From Camelus ferus (lineage: Eukaryota): 64,000 bases of DNA. The notes beneath the pieces are model-generated. The model was not told the origin of the DNA, made no database searches, and worked only from the letters and a program-made list of their open reading frames with translations. Of this stretch, positions 1 to 11,719 are shown piece by piece. The stretch covers positions 117,368,001 to 117,432,000 of the forward strand of contig NC_045697.1 in the NCBI RefSeq assembly GCF_009834535.1, in the 5' to 3' direction. Numbering within the stretch: the stretch's first letter is position 1; every line of letters begins with the position of its first letter. Both the position numbers and the translations under genes were made by a program.

Positions 1-28
1 AAAATAAAATAAAATAAAATAAAATAAA
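1..28 (+). repeat. (AAAAT)n microsatellite, probably a retroposon tail cut by the window edge
   Basis: About 5.5 perfect AAAAT units at the window start. Confidence 0.9.
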
Positions 29-498
29 TATAATTTTAGGAGTTGATCTGCATCTCAGAAAAAAGTTTTTTGGTGGAAAACAATTAGGATACTCTGTATT
101 CATTCCAAAGATGTCTCAATAAATGAGGACAATCTGTGGGGCCACAGTTTTTATTTTTGGGTCCTGGTAATTCAATTCCACATTTTCAGTCTTGGCTTCT
201 TGTGTAAATTTGTCATTATTGTTATCATTATTACTTTAGTTCAATCACGATTTGTCACCTAAAACTGAGCACTTGTAGTAAATCTAGGGAAATTAAAGCT
301 CAGAAAGGAAAAGTGAGTAGACTTTGGGTGAGCCACTTATGTCAATGGGAATCATTAAATAATTCCTCCTAGCATCTTTTTTCTCAGTTAGATTCAAAAC
401 TGAAAAACTTGTCCTATTATTACGACACAGTCATTTGCAATAATATGCTACTTTTTATTTGCTGCCCAAATTGGTGTGGAGTAATGAAAATATGACGG

Positions 499-969
499 TG
501 AGAGGGAACAGGAAAAGCCACCCCAGAATGGGCCAATTTGGTACTTGGAGATTTCAAGCTGAAGACAGTGAGGGCCCAGCAGACCCAGGAGCAGCTTTTA
601 CCTCCTCCTTAACTGCCTGAAAGAATTAAGACAGGGGTCTGTACCAGGAAGACAGCTGTTACCAGAGACAACTTTTGCAGCAGAAAGACTTCCCTGCATG
701 GCAGGACAAACATCTGCTTACCCAACATTTGCTCTCCCCACCTTCCTGTGAATTTTCCTCCTCCCCTTTGAAGACACAGACCCCTGCCTCCTTAGCAAAT
801 GACGTACAAGTTGTTAATTACCTGACAGCCAGGTAGTCTCATGCTTTTAATGGGAATACTGAACATACAACGTTTGTTTTTCTCCTGTTAATCTGACTTA
901 TGTCTGCTCAATTATTAGACCAGCCAAAGAATCCAGGAGAGAAGAAAGGAAAGGTTTTCCACCTCTACA
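499..969 (+). mobile_element. Solo ERV1-class LTR, MER34-like
   Basis: TG...CA ends and about 470 bp. The start (gaacaggaaaagccaccccagaat) and end (ttttctcctgttaatctg...ttttccacctctaca) resemble the MER34 family as I recall it. Confidence 0.7.
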
Positions 970-1353
970 AAGGGAAATGGTGATGTACAGCTAGTAGTTA
1001 TTAATATGAACAGCCACCTTTAAGTAATTCTAAAGGAGTGCTTCACAGCTCCTCCTCATTTTCTTGGTTAACACACTCACTAGACCTAACCTGCTGGAAT
1101 ATCAGATGGTTAACATTTATTAAACGTGAGTTCCTGAGTCTGGGTTTCACTACATGCTATGCACTTCCACTGATCATAACTAAAGACTTTGAACAAAATG
1201 CAAAAACAGCTCCCTGGAGACACTAAAGGAAAACAAAAGCAAGCAGATTACGCAAAGGTGTAAAAATTCAAGAAACAACCTGCATGCAGGTGAGCTTCCC
1301 AGTGATCTTTTATCTGGTGGGAATTTGCCCCAAGTGCAGGGTTTGTGTGCCTT

Positions 1354-1398
1354 TGTGTGTGTGTGTGTCTGTGTGAGTGTGTGTGTCTGTATCTGTGT
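1354..1398 (+). repeat. Imperfect (TG)n microsatellite
   Basis: Seen directly in the sequence. Confidence 0.9.
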
Positions 1399-1449
1399 AT
1401 ATTAGTATGTTTGTGAGACTAGTTGCAGAACAGTATTGATGCCTGGGTG

Positions 1450-4400
1450 ATCAAGCTTCAGGAGAAACCCAGGCTTTTTGTGAAACAAAGGAGACAAAAG
1501 GAGCCTTGCAGCTGCAGAATGGAGGTGGATTCCTTTAGAGGAAAGAGCTGGTGAAGGAGGATCCCTGAATTCTGTGTATGCAGCCACAAAAATCTCAGAT
1601 TAACCCCAAACTAGTCACATGCAGGACAGATCCACATCAGCATAGCGGATGCTTAGAGAACTGAGCTAAAATTTGAACCACCGTCTGTAGAAGGCGAGTT
1701 AGAATTTATGATCTCATGTAACCAGTTCGATTTTCGGTTAATACAAACCTCAACATTTTCCAGGGGAGCATTACAGAGAATACACCACATAACAATGTCC
1801 AGATACAATTCAAAATTGTTCAGTGTACAAAGAACTAGGGAAATGCAACAAATTCTCACGGAAAAATATGATCAATAAACACTGGCCTGGAAATGACCGT
1901 GATGTTGGAACCACCACATACTTTTTTTTTTTGTCTTGTTCTTTTCTATTTGTTTGTTTGGGGAGGGAGTAATTAAGGTTTTGTTTGTTTCTTTGTTCAT
2001 TTGTTTCAATGGGAGTACTGGGGAACTGAACCCAGGACCTCGTGCATGCTAAGCACATACCCCACCACTGGGCTATGTCCCTCCCCACACCTCTATGACA
2101 CACTTTAAATCAGTTATAAAACTCTGTTTCATGAGGTAAATGAAAGCACACCTTGAAATGTATGAAATATAGGAAATTTCAACAGAGAATTTGAAACTAA
2201 AACATAGAACCAAGTGGAAATCTTGAAAGTGAAAAATGCAGTGTCTTAGATACAAACTCAATGAGTGGACTTAACAGCAGGATGCAAATAACAGAGGAAA
2301 GAAATAATGGCCAGGAAAGGACAGCAGTGGGAATGGTCCTATTTGAAGACTAGAGAGGAAGAAAAGATTGGAAGAAATTAGCAGAGTTTCCGGGACCTGA
2401 GGAACAGTGGCAAGCTCTCAAACATCTGTTCAATTGGAGTCCCAGAAAGGGAGGATTAAGACATGGAAACACAAAAGAGATACAAATACATAATAGCCAT
2501 GAATGCCCCAAACTGGAGGAAGACAGAAATTTACATAGTGAACAAATTCAGAGCATCTGAATGGGATAAACTTAACAAAAAAAAAAACCATGGATTTTAG
2601 ATGCATCATAATCAAACTGCAAAAAAAAAAAAAAAAAAAAAAAAAGCAAAAAGTCCTGAAAGCAGCTAAAGAAAATTGCACGTTACACACAGAGAAGAGT
2701 TGATTCAAATCACCACCAATTTCTCATCAGAAACCCATGGAGACCAGAAGACTGAGGAAGACCATGTTTAAAGTATTGAAAGGAAGCTTTATTTTTTGAA
2801 ACACATCATTCAGGAACAAAGAAAAATAACTACTTTTTCAGATCCCAAGGAGATCAGCTATTAACAAAAAAATACTAAAGGAAGTTTTTCAGTCTGAAGG
2901 GGAATAATATCAGAAGAAACTTGGTTCTTCAAAAATGAAAGAAAGAATAGCAGAAATGTAAATCCCAGGATATATAAAGACAATTTTTCTTATAAGTTAA
3001 AAAAATATGTTGACTATTAAAGCAAAATGGCCTGATGTGGTTATCAATATTCACAGATTTAACACATAATACGTATAACATAAAAGCCAGTGAAGTGTTG
3101 ACCTATATGTTTGCAAGTTTCTGTAATTTGCATCTAGTAGACTGTAAAATTTTAGGTATTCATTTAGTAATCCATAGAGCAACTACTATAAAAAGTTTGA
3201 TGAAATACAGTGTAAAAGCTAACAGAGTAAAATGAAGTACTACAATATATTCATGGAACACAAAAGAAGTCAGAAAGTTAGGAGCAGAGTAACAAAAGCA
3301 GAGAAGAGAAACAGAACATAAATAAATGTGGTAGACCCAAATCCAAATACATCAAACGTTGTATTAAATGATAAGGGCTCAAACACCTCAATAAAAGGCA
3401 ACCCATGATGTATCATTTTTAAAATCTGAGAGCTTATTGCAAGATGCCTATATGAGCTGAAAACCAGTGGACAGAAATAGATACCCAATGCCAGGAGGAA
3501 AGACCAGAAGGCTAGGTAACCTGTTTTATGATCTCATGATACAATAGACTTAGAGATCAAGGGTCTCCTCACAGTTACAGAGGGACTGTTGCTTAAGATA
3601 AAAAATAAACCACCAGAAGCATGTACCATCCTAAATTAGCCTGTGCCTAATGGCAGAGCCTCTATACATGCTGAACAAAAACAGAATTAAAAAGAAAAAC
3701 AGACAATTCCATTATCCCAGTAGATTTTAACCATTCTTTCTCAGTGACTGATAGAACAATTAGCCAAAAACATCAGTAAAATCATAAAAGATCTGAACAG
3801 CATTATGAACCACCTTGATCTGTGGCCAACTTCTCCACGTGTAGCCTTCTCAAGAACACATGAGCCTTCACAGAGACTGACCATACGCTCAGAGATAAAA
3901 CATCTCCAAATTTAAAGATTACCTTCCTGCAACAAAATTGCATTAGAAATTAATAAAGATGAAAACAAAAATAAGAAATAAAAAGTAAGAAATTAGAAAT
4001 TATTTTAACGAAAACTCAAGATACCTGGGATTTAAAAACACACTTCTAAGTAATTCAGAAGTCAAATGTGAACTTGCAAGGGAAATTGTAATCACAGTGA
4101 AATACAACATATCTAAATTTGTGGAATGTAGCTAAAGCAATCCTTAGCAGGGAACTTACACCATTAAATGCTTATATTAGAAATAGGAAGGATTTTTTTT
4201 AAAAAAATCAATAACCATGACCTCGGTTTTACTTTAAGAACAAGATAAAAAAAAAGAACAATGTAAAGCCAAAGTAAGGAGAGGGAAGGAAATTATATGC
4301 AAAAAAAAAGTAGAAATTAAGAAATCAGTAAACAGATAATGGAGAAAATTGGCAAAGATCAGCTGATTCTTTAAAAAGACTAACAAAATCGACCAACCTC

Positions 4401-6670
4401 TGGCTATTTCATTATAAATCACCAGTATCAGGAATGGAAAGGAATTATTATGACAGATTATACAGTTTAACACCTAAAGTGTTGACACACTGAAAAGAAT
4501 GGAAATTTTCAAAAATACATCCAACCAAAAGAGTCACAATAAGAAACAGAAAACTTAGGTAGTCCTATATCTATTTCTAAATAAATTTATTATCAAAAAA
4601 CTCATCTGAAAGAAATTTCTAGGCCCATATGATTTCACTGGTAAATTCTACCAAACATTCAAGGAGTAAGTAACATCTATGCTACATAATATGTTTTTTT
4701 AGAAAGTTGCAGGAAGAATCATTTTTTGACTCATTTTATGAAGCCTATATGAACTTAACTATTAAAACCTGAGAAAGATACTACAAAAAGGGAACTTTCA
4801 GAGCAATGTCACTCATGAATAATCCTTAACAAGATATTAGAAAATCAAGTCCATCTATACACAAAAAGGATGTCACAGTAGGTTCAAGTAGGTTTATCTC
4901 CAGAAAGCAGAGTTGACAGAAAATTTTTAAAAATCATTCAATAAAATTTAACATACTTTTTAAAAAAGGGAAAAAAAAAGACACATGCAAATTCAATAGA
5001 GTTGAGGGGGAAAAAAAGTTCTTGGAGAAATAACACTAATTCATGAGAAAAACCTACTAGAAAACTAAGAATAATAGAGAATTTCCTCAGCGTGATAAAG
5101 GGAATCTATGAAAACCCTTCACCCAACAACATACTTAATGTTAAGAGAGTAAGTCCTTTAGTTGAATTAAACTCTTTCCTCTGAGGAAAGGGAGAAAGCA
5201 AGAGTGCTACCTTTGACACTTCTATTCAACATTGTCCTAGAAAAAAATTATATTATTATAAATAGGCAAAAAAAACTGGAAAATAAAATTTAGAAAAAAT
5301 CAATTTATGGTAGTACCAAAACCCACAAAATACCTAGGAATATTTCTATCAAAAGACACCTATTACTTCTACACAGAAACTAAAAATCAATGTAAGAGGT
5401 AGAAAGGAAGACCTAAATAAAGGGGGAGATTAAATTCACAAATAAAAAGGCTTAATATTGTTAAGAAGGCACTTGTCCTGAAAAGGAGCAACAGAATTCT
5501 TGTCAAAATTTCCAGTAGTTTTTTTGAAGAAGTTGAAAGCTGATTCTAAAATGTATACAGAAGTGCAAAGGACTTGTATATAACAAATAACCAAAGCAAT
5601 TACATACGTTACACATGGCATGAATATACATATCATATATATAACAAAATATATGTATTTAAAAATGAACAGAGTTGGTTGTCTCTCTATATATGTACAG
5701 GAATCAAGACAGTTTGGTGTTGTGAAGAATACAGATCAATGACAGATATGGAGATTCTGGAAGTAGACCCACCCATATGTGGTTAACTGACTTGAAGCAA
5801 AGATGCCAAGACAACTCAGTGGGATAAGGAAAGCCTTTTCAACAGATGATGCTATATCCATTGGATTTCTATTTTGGGGGAAAAAAAGAGCTTCACCCCC
5901 TAACACTATAAAGAAAAATTAACTTGAAATGAGTCATAGACCTAAATGCAATACTTCGATTTTCAGAAATTCTAAATGAAACTTGAAAATCATCATGATC
6001 TTGAAGTGGGAAAAGATTCTAATATAAAGTTTAAAAAAATCACAAAACATGAAAGGAAATATATAAATTGGATTTCACTTAAATTAAAATATGTTGCTGT
6101 TTAAAAGAGAAATAAAAGGCAAGCCACTGGGAAATACTATTCACAACATACATAGCAGACAGAAGATGTGAATCCTGAATATATGAATAGATTTATGACT
6201 CAGTCTTACAAAAATTAGTTATCATAGAAATGCAAATTAAAACCACAAACTGAGACAACAGTACTGATTAGATGGACTAAAAATAAGAAAACTGGTCAAA
6301 TCAAGTGTTATTGAAGCTTTTGTGCAACTGAAATGATCACACATGGCTGCAGTGGAATTAAAATGGCACCTCACCTTCAAAAGCAGCTTGGAATTTTCTT
6401 AAAAAGTGAACCATAAACAAATCAAGTGATGCAGCTCTCCAGTTCCTAAGGATTTACCTAAGATAACTGAAAACACATATCTCCAGAAAGACATGTACAT
6501 AAATGTTGTTTGCAACTTTATTCATAGTAGCCCCAAACTGGAGACAACCCAAATGTCTATCTTATGAGGGAAGATAAACAGAATGTGACATATTCAAATA
6601 ATGGAATATTACTCAATAATAAAAAAGAAATGAACTACAGATACATACAGTAATATGAATGGATCTCAAA
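1450..6670 (+). mobile_element. Near full-length, heavily decayed ancestral LINE-1 (L1M-type): 5' region, ORF1, ORF2 and 3' UTR; non-coding
   Basis: A-rich strand. ORF1-like sequence at ~2100-2950. ORF2 remnants: EN start at ~3330 (similar to ITLNVNGLN), GP-DFTGKFYQTFKE-like at ~4620, FNIVLE at ~5230, KYLGI at ~5330. L1 3' UTR (caacccaaatgtc...ggaatattactca) at ~6540-6670. Many stops and frameshifts. The 5' boundary is uncertain. Confidence 0.88.
1922..2086 (-). mobile_element. tRNA-Ala-derived SINE (camelid vic-1-like), nested in the L1
   Basis: Minus strand reads ggggagggacatagcccagtggt...gcttagcatgcacgaggtcctgggttcagttcccc (A and B boxes), then a (caaa)-rich spacer and poly-A. Same family as the copy at 27295-27447. 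Confidence 0.88.
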
Positions 6671-6684
6671 ACTAAACTTATTAC

Positions 6685-6790
6685 GATAATCACTTCATGA
6701 TGTATGTAATTCAAATCATTGTACATCTTAAACTTATACAGTGCTCTATGTTAATTGTATCTCAATAAAACTAGAAGGAAGAAAATAAAA
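6685..6790 (+). mobile_element. L1 extreme 3' end (possibly a separate, younger insertion)
   Basis: tgtacatcttaaacttatacagtg...tatctcAATAAAactagaa followed by an A-rich tail. Confidence 0.7.
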
Positions 6791-6959
6791 CAAGAAAATG
6801 CTGCAGATAACCATTTGGAAGGGTGATGGGGGTTGCTGCAATGGTGGACATGCAAAGGGAGGGAACGGATATGAAATTTAAAAGTAGCTAGAACAGGTGG
6901 TGAAAATTATTCAGATGTCACAGTGGGGAGAGTTTGTTTGCCATGGAGAGGAAAACTAA

Positions 6960-7200
6960 AAAAAAGTCCAAAATAATCTTGGATGACCTAAAAAAATAAT
7001 AGTAATGCCGTTGAGAGAATCAGGGATTTAAGTGAAAAACTCTGATTTGGTGGAGAGAACTAGCTTGGGGACAATGGAATGGAGCTTTTGTACCATCTAA
7101 GTAGATGGCTCAGGAGACAAGGGAGGGACAAGTCAGAGCTGGAGGCATTTATTTGGGTGTTAATTCCATGGAAACAGTACTTGAAGGTCTGACTGAAACA
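6960..7200 (-). mobile_element. L2 LINE fragment
   Basis: gtcagagctggaggcatttatttgggtgttaattccat resembles the reverse complement of the L2 RT ADDSQIYISS segment. Confidence 0.5.
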
Positions 7201-7589
7201 CAAGGAATAGTGATAAGGGTCAGTTTTATCTTTTTCTACATCAATATGCTCCTTTTCCTTTAATTTTCAAAGTACTAGAAAGCAGTATTTTCCTAAGTAC
7301 AGCAAAGAGATAAAACAAGAATTTTCTAGAAAACATCCTAAGGGTGCTTCAACGGCTATTTTGAAAAACAAAGCCCTCTTTTACAGGATAGCTCAAGGTT
7401 GCTTTGCTTCAAAGATTTTCTCCGAAGGAAATTATTTCACTCAGCCCCTTATTTCAGATGCGTCTGGTGTTACACCCGTGAGGGGCTTACAATGTTAAAG
7501 ATATTATCATTCAATACCGCACACTATTGAGTTAAGGGACGTCAATCACCACAAAAACCATCTGATGCCTAATAAAAACAGAATCTTAC

Positions 7590-7645
7590 CCTTCCATTCT
7601 CATCCTGACCCTGCGAGACATAAAACGTCTGCTCTGTTGAAATGT
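7590..7645 (-). CDS. Candidate internal exon (56 nt), unidentified gene
   Basis: Acceptor tcctctgttgtcctgtag and donor AGG|gtaaga. Open reading (D)ISTEQTFYVSQGQDENGR. Not in a recognisable repeat. No homology recognised. Confidence 0.22.
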
Positions 7646-8659
7646 CTACAGGACAACAGAGGATATAACCATCGCTCTGTAATATCTAGGTCATTTCAAA
7701 GGTAGCCATACATAGAAAAAGAGAGTTTAAATGAATCACTTGTAAATCCCTTCCATATCTGACCCCACACTGAGCAGAGGCTTACTGGCTGCTAGGTACT
7801 TTCATTCCCGTAGCATCCTTGAGAGGAGCACAGAGATTGATGGAACTAAATTTATCTGCTGAGCAAACCACTGTGCTACAGCTAATGCCTCACTCAAGAC
7901 AGAAGCGCTTCAAAAATGGAACAATATATCCTTTCACAAATGTGCTCGCTATCTTTAAAAGCATGCTTTTGATGGAGTTTATACCAAAGAAATGAATTAA
8001 AAAAACATTGTACAACGTCCCCCATAAATATGTCATATTTGTCTCTTCCCACCTCGGCCCATATTATTCTTATGGAAAGGAAGAGGGCTGGGGTGGAAAT
8101 AGGATAAAAAAAGTGACTTGGACGGTTTTATTTCAAAATAACAGAAGGACGTTAATAGTCTTCGACTCATTCCATTTCCCTCAAGGTCTTCAGGGCATCG
8201 TAGAGAGCTATACTCATCTTCAACTGGCAGTCCGCCGCTCAGCCTCCAAGGACTGCAAACCACTTACAATTTTTAAAGCTGCAATTTAATCTTCACTAGC
8301 CGAGACATCATCACTATTCAGAGGGGAGTTCTAAACTTCAAAACAATTTTCCAACTTATAACACAGATATGATTATGTAAAGACTGATTCACTTCTTTCT
8401 TAAGACCCGTCACTACCTTTGAGCAGGTCTATTACAAAGTAGTGTGGACGGCAAGATTGTTTTACCTTGAAGAAGAAAATGCATGACATTGTAGAGACAA
8501 CTGTCCATCACCTCTACAAATAAATAAACATTGTGCACAAGTGTAATCATCATATTCATATAACAACAACTGTATATAAACGGTTAAGAGATAAATTAGT
8601 TTTTCTGTGGGCATGGTACACATAAAAGGATTACAAGTGAGTAATTAGTGCCAAGAATG

Positions 8660-8770
8660 AATGCTCTGCAGAGCCTGGGGTCTCTGATATCTTGTGTTTT
8701 TGGCAAATACTTTCATCTTTCTGGGTCCCAATTTTCTTGTTTTTCAGGTCGAAGTTGTGGTTCCAAGGAT
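8660..8770 (+). mobile_element. MIR fragment
   Basis: Degenerate MIR core: ttggcaaatactttcatctttctgggtcccaattttctt. Confidence 0.4.
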
Positions 8771-9869
8771 GCCTGAGAGCATCTTGTCATAACACTTATG
8801 TCTCCCACGATTCTAACACCTTATGTACAGGACTGAGTGAAGAGAATAAGGGAGCAATGCTGCTGTTAAAGACTAGGGTTTTTCCATTTTCACAGACTTC
8901 GAAATAATATCATCAACCCTAAATTCCACACACTCTATTTCCTCCCCTTAGCTCTTAGCTGACCTGCCCGCCTTCAAGGGAGGCTGACTCTTTAAGTCAT
9001 TACCGAAGGAGATGGTTGCTTCTTTCAGAAAGGCCCTTATACTTCCTACCAATAAAAATGACCTAGGGAAATTTTTAAACAAATGGATTTTAGAAATCCT
9101 AGGAGCATGTCCTTTCTTAGAGGTAGACATGGGCTCTGGACCATTTTCCAGAAAGGCTCTAAGATAGGACCTTATCTTCCTCTTTTTCCATTCTCTTTAT
9201 GATGACCAAGAGACAAAGGTAGCCCAGGCTTTAAGACTGAAGGTTTTAGGGGCAAATGAACCTGCTACTCTGATTATATAATGTGTAAAGTTTGTCTTAA
9301 ATTGTCTTCTCTCCCCAGACTTGCAAAACTGTTAAACATCTAACCTTTGAGGTTGTACAGGATTTGGAGAGAAAGCATTTCCATCCTCAGGACTGGCAGA
9401 GATGTGGGCCCATAAATAAAGGTCTTCAGTCCTTTCGTAACTTTGAATCTACCCCTAGGTCTGCCCTTGCCTGTTACTCAGGGGGCAAAGATCCTGTCTG
9501 AGATGGATGTTGGTGCTTATTAGCAGTCATATAAACCAGATGTTTCAATGACACGTTATCCTAACTGGTGCTCAATTATGCTAAACTCTTTCCACTTGAA
9601 GAATTCTGGAGTGTCAACTGCTAATCACTTAATTCTATAGCATTTTTTAAAATGTTTCCTTTGACAGTTATTACATTGAGCTACTATTAATCCATTCAGG
9701 GAAATAAGGAAGAGATTTTAGCAAATTTGTACACATTTAGCCATTGGATTTGTTTGGTTTCATTCTGATTATTACTAATACCACTGTCACTTGAAGTTAT
9801 TAAATTGGCACTGCACAGAATTTGTAAATGTATGTCTTTTCCTAAATGTAAAACTTAATGCTTAAAAGA

Positions 9870-10800
9870 TTATCTTCTTTTTTAAATTTGTATTTGTAAT
9901 GTTAGATATATAAAAATGCATGTATTATATATGTAAGCTATGAAGCAAAACAATTAAATGAACCTACCAGTAAGCTTAGGAATTAGATTTTACCAGCTTT
10001 GTTGAATCTATTTCTGTGCTTTTCCACGACCCCATCATCTTGCCTCCTTTCAGGGATAAACACTACTCTGATATTTTTTTTTTTTTTATCTTTTCCTACT
10101 TTCTTTTTGCTCTTAAAAACACAATAATTAAAGCACATATCATATGCTGCATGTATCTCCATATAAAAGTACTTAAAAAGAGAGCTGTATTCTAAATTAA
10201 AAATACACACATAGAGATCAAGAGTTTGATGATTTGAAATGCCACGTATTTTCAGAGATTTTTTTCCCATATGAACATCAGATCCCGGTATAACAGATGT
10301 TAAAATCTAGTTAAGGCCAAATTATAATCAGCCAAATTCTAATAATTTCTAAAATAGTTCATTCTATTGACCTGGATGGTGCGTGTGTGTTTTCAAACTT
10401 TCGTAATTACTTCTTTCGGGTAAGTTTCTCTACATGAGATTGCCATAGGTGATGTGCATGCCACCTTGGGATATACACTGCTTAATCACCTCCAGAAAAT
10501 TATAAACAGTCCATCAACACCGCATTAGAACACACACTTCTGCACAGAGCATGGTCACTCGTTCTAATTTAAGAATCTGGTAGGCAAAATAGAACACTTT
10601 AAATCTGCATGTGTTTTCACCAGAAACATTGAATATACTTTATATATACTTACTGTTAATATGTAGAACATGCCTCTCATCCATATTTCTATTGGTTTGT
10701 TCAACTTTTTCTTACTGTTTTCATATATATAAATCAATATTCTGTCATGTGCTATTTTATTACATACTGTTTAATGACATTGATTAATTAAGCCATTATT
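9870..10800 (-). mobile_element. Old L1 (L1ME-like) 3' region, fragmented
   Basis: T-rich strand with patchy similarity to L1ME 3' UTR/ORF2 end (gataaacactactctgatattttt; catccatatttctattggtttg). Confidence 0.5.
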
Positions 10801-11719
10801 TCTTTCTTTATTCAAAAAATTACATTTTAATCAAATAATGAGTTTCCGTAAGTAATTTGATCCACATCTGTTCTTTACTAACTATTTATATATGGAACCA
10901 GTTTGCTATCTATTTGCTTGGATTTGCTATCTTATTGGTTTGGAATTTTATATAAATAGGTTCCTTTCTCAGATGTAAGCAACATGGAACAAGAAAGCCA
11001 TCATCTAGATAACTTAACCAAAAACTAATTTTGAAATATTCAAAAATCAAAGGAAAGGTAGATCTGAAATCTACATATTATCACTTATGTGTCAGATATG
11101 TTATTCAAATTCGCACGCACGGGTTTGAAACTCTTTTCATAATCAATTAGGAACCAGTTGCAATAATAATTGTTAAATATGTCCCAGTTTCAGCCACATT
11201 AGCAATTCTATCTTACAAACCCCTAAACTGAAAATACATGTTGGAAAGTAGGAAGACGAGGGTGATGTTTTTAAAGGCTGACTCTGATTAAATATCCATC
11301 ACTGTGGAGAAAGCCAGATAGCCTTAAAGAGAATTTTTATTAAAAGTGTATTTCTGTGCAGAGAAGGTTGCATCTTGAAAGTATACCCGACCTTTGAAAA
11401 CAGTTGGCAGAAACAAAATGTGCACTGAGATTTGGAAGAAAGAATTATTATTTCCACTTGCCATAAAATGTGCAAGTTAATAACTGCATTTCTACTCTAA
11501 CATGATTACAATCTCAGTGAAATGCAATACAACATTACTTTTTTGTTATAATTTTTATTGTTAAACATGCGTAAGTGGCACCTCCACTTGTTCATCTCTG
11601 AGGGGGAAACTAAAGAGTTGATTCTTGATCGCTGCAGCTTTACAGTAAGTCCTGAAGGCAAGTAGCAGCAGTCACTTCCATCCTTTTTCTTCAACATCGT
11701 GTTGACTGGTCCATATCCT

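Noticed and set aside
2015..2086. tRNA-Ala gene (also 27378-27447)
   Set aside because: Substitutions disrupt the cloverleaf, and a SINE spacer, A-tail and TSD follow. These are SINE heads.
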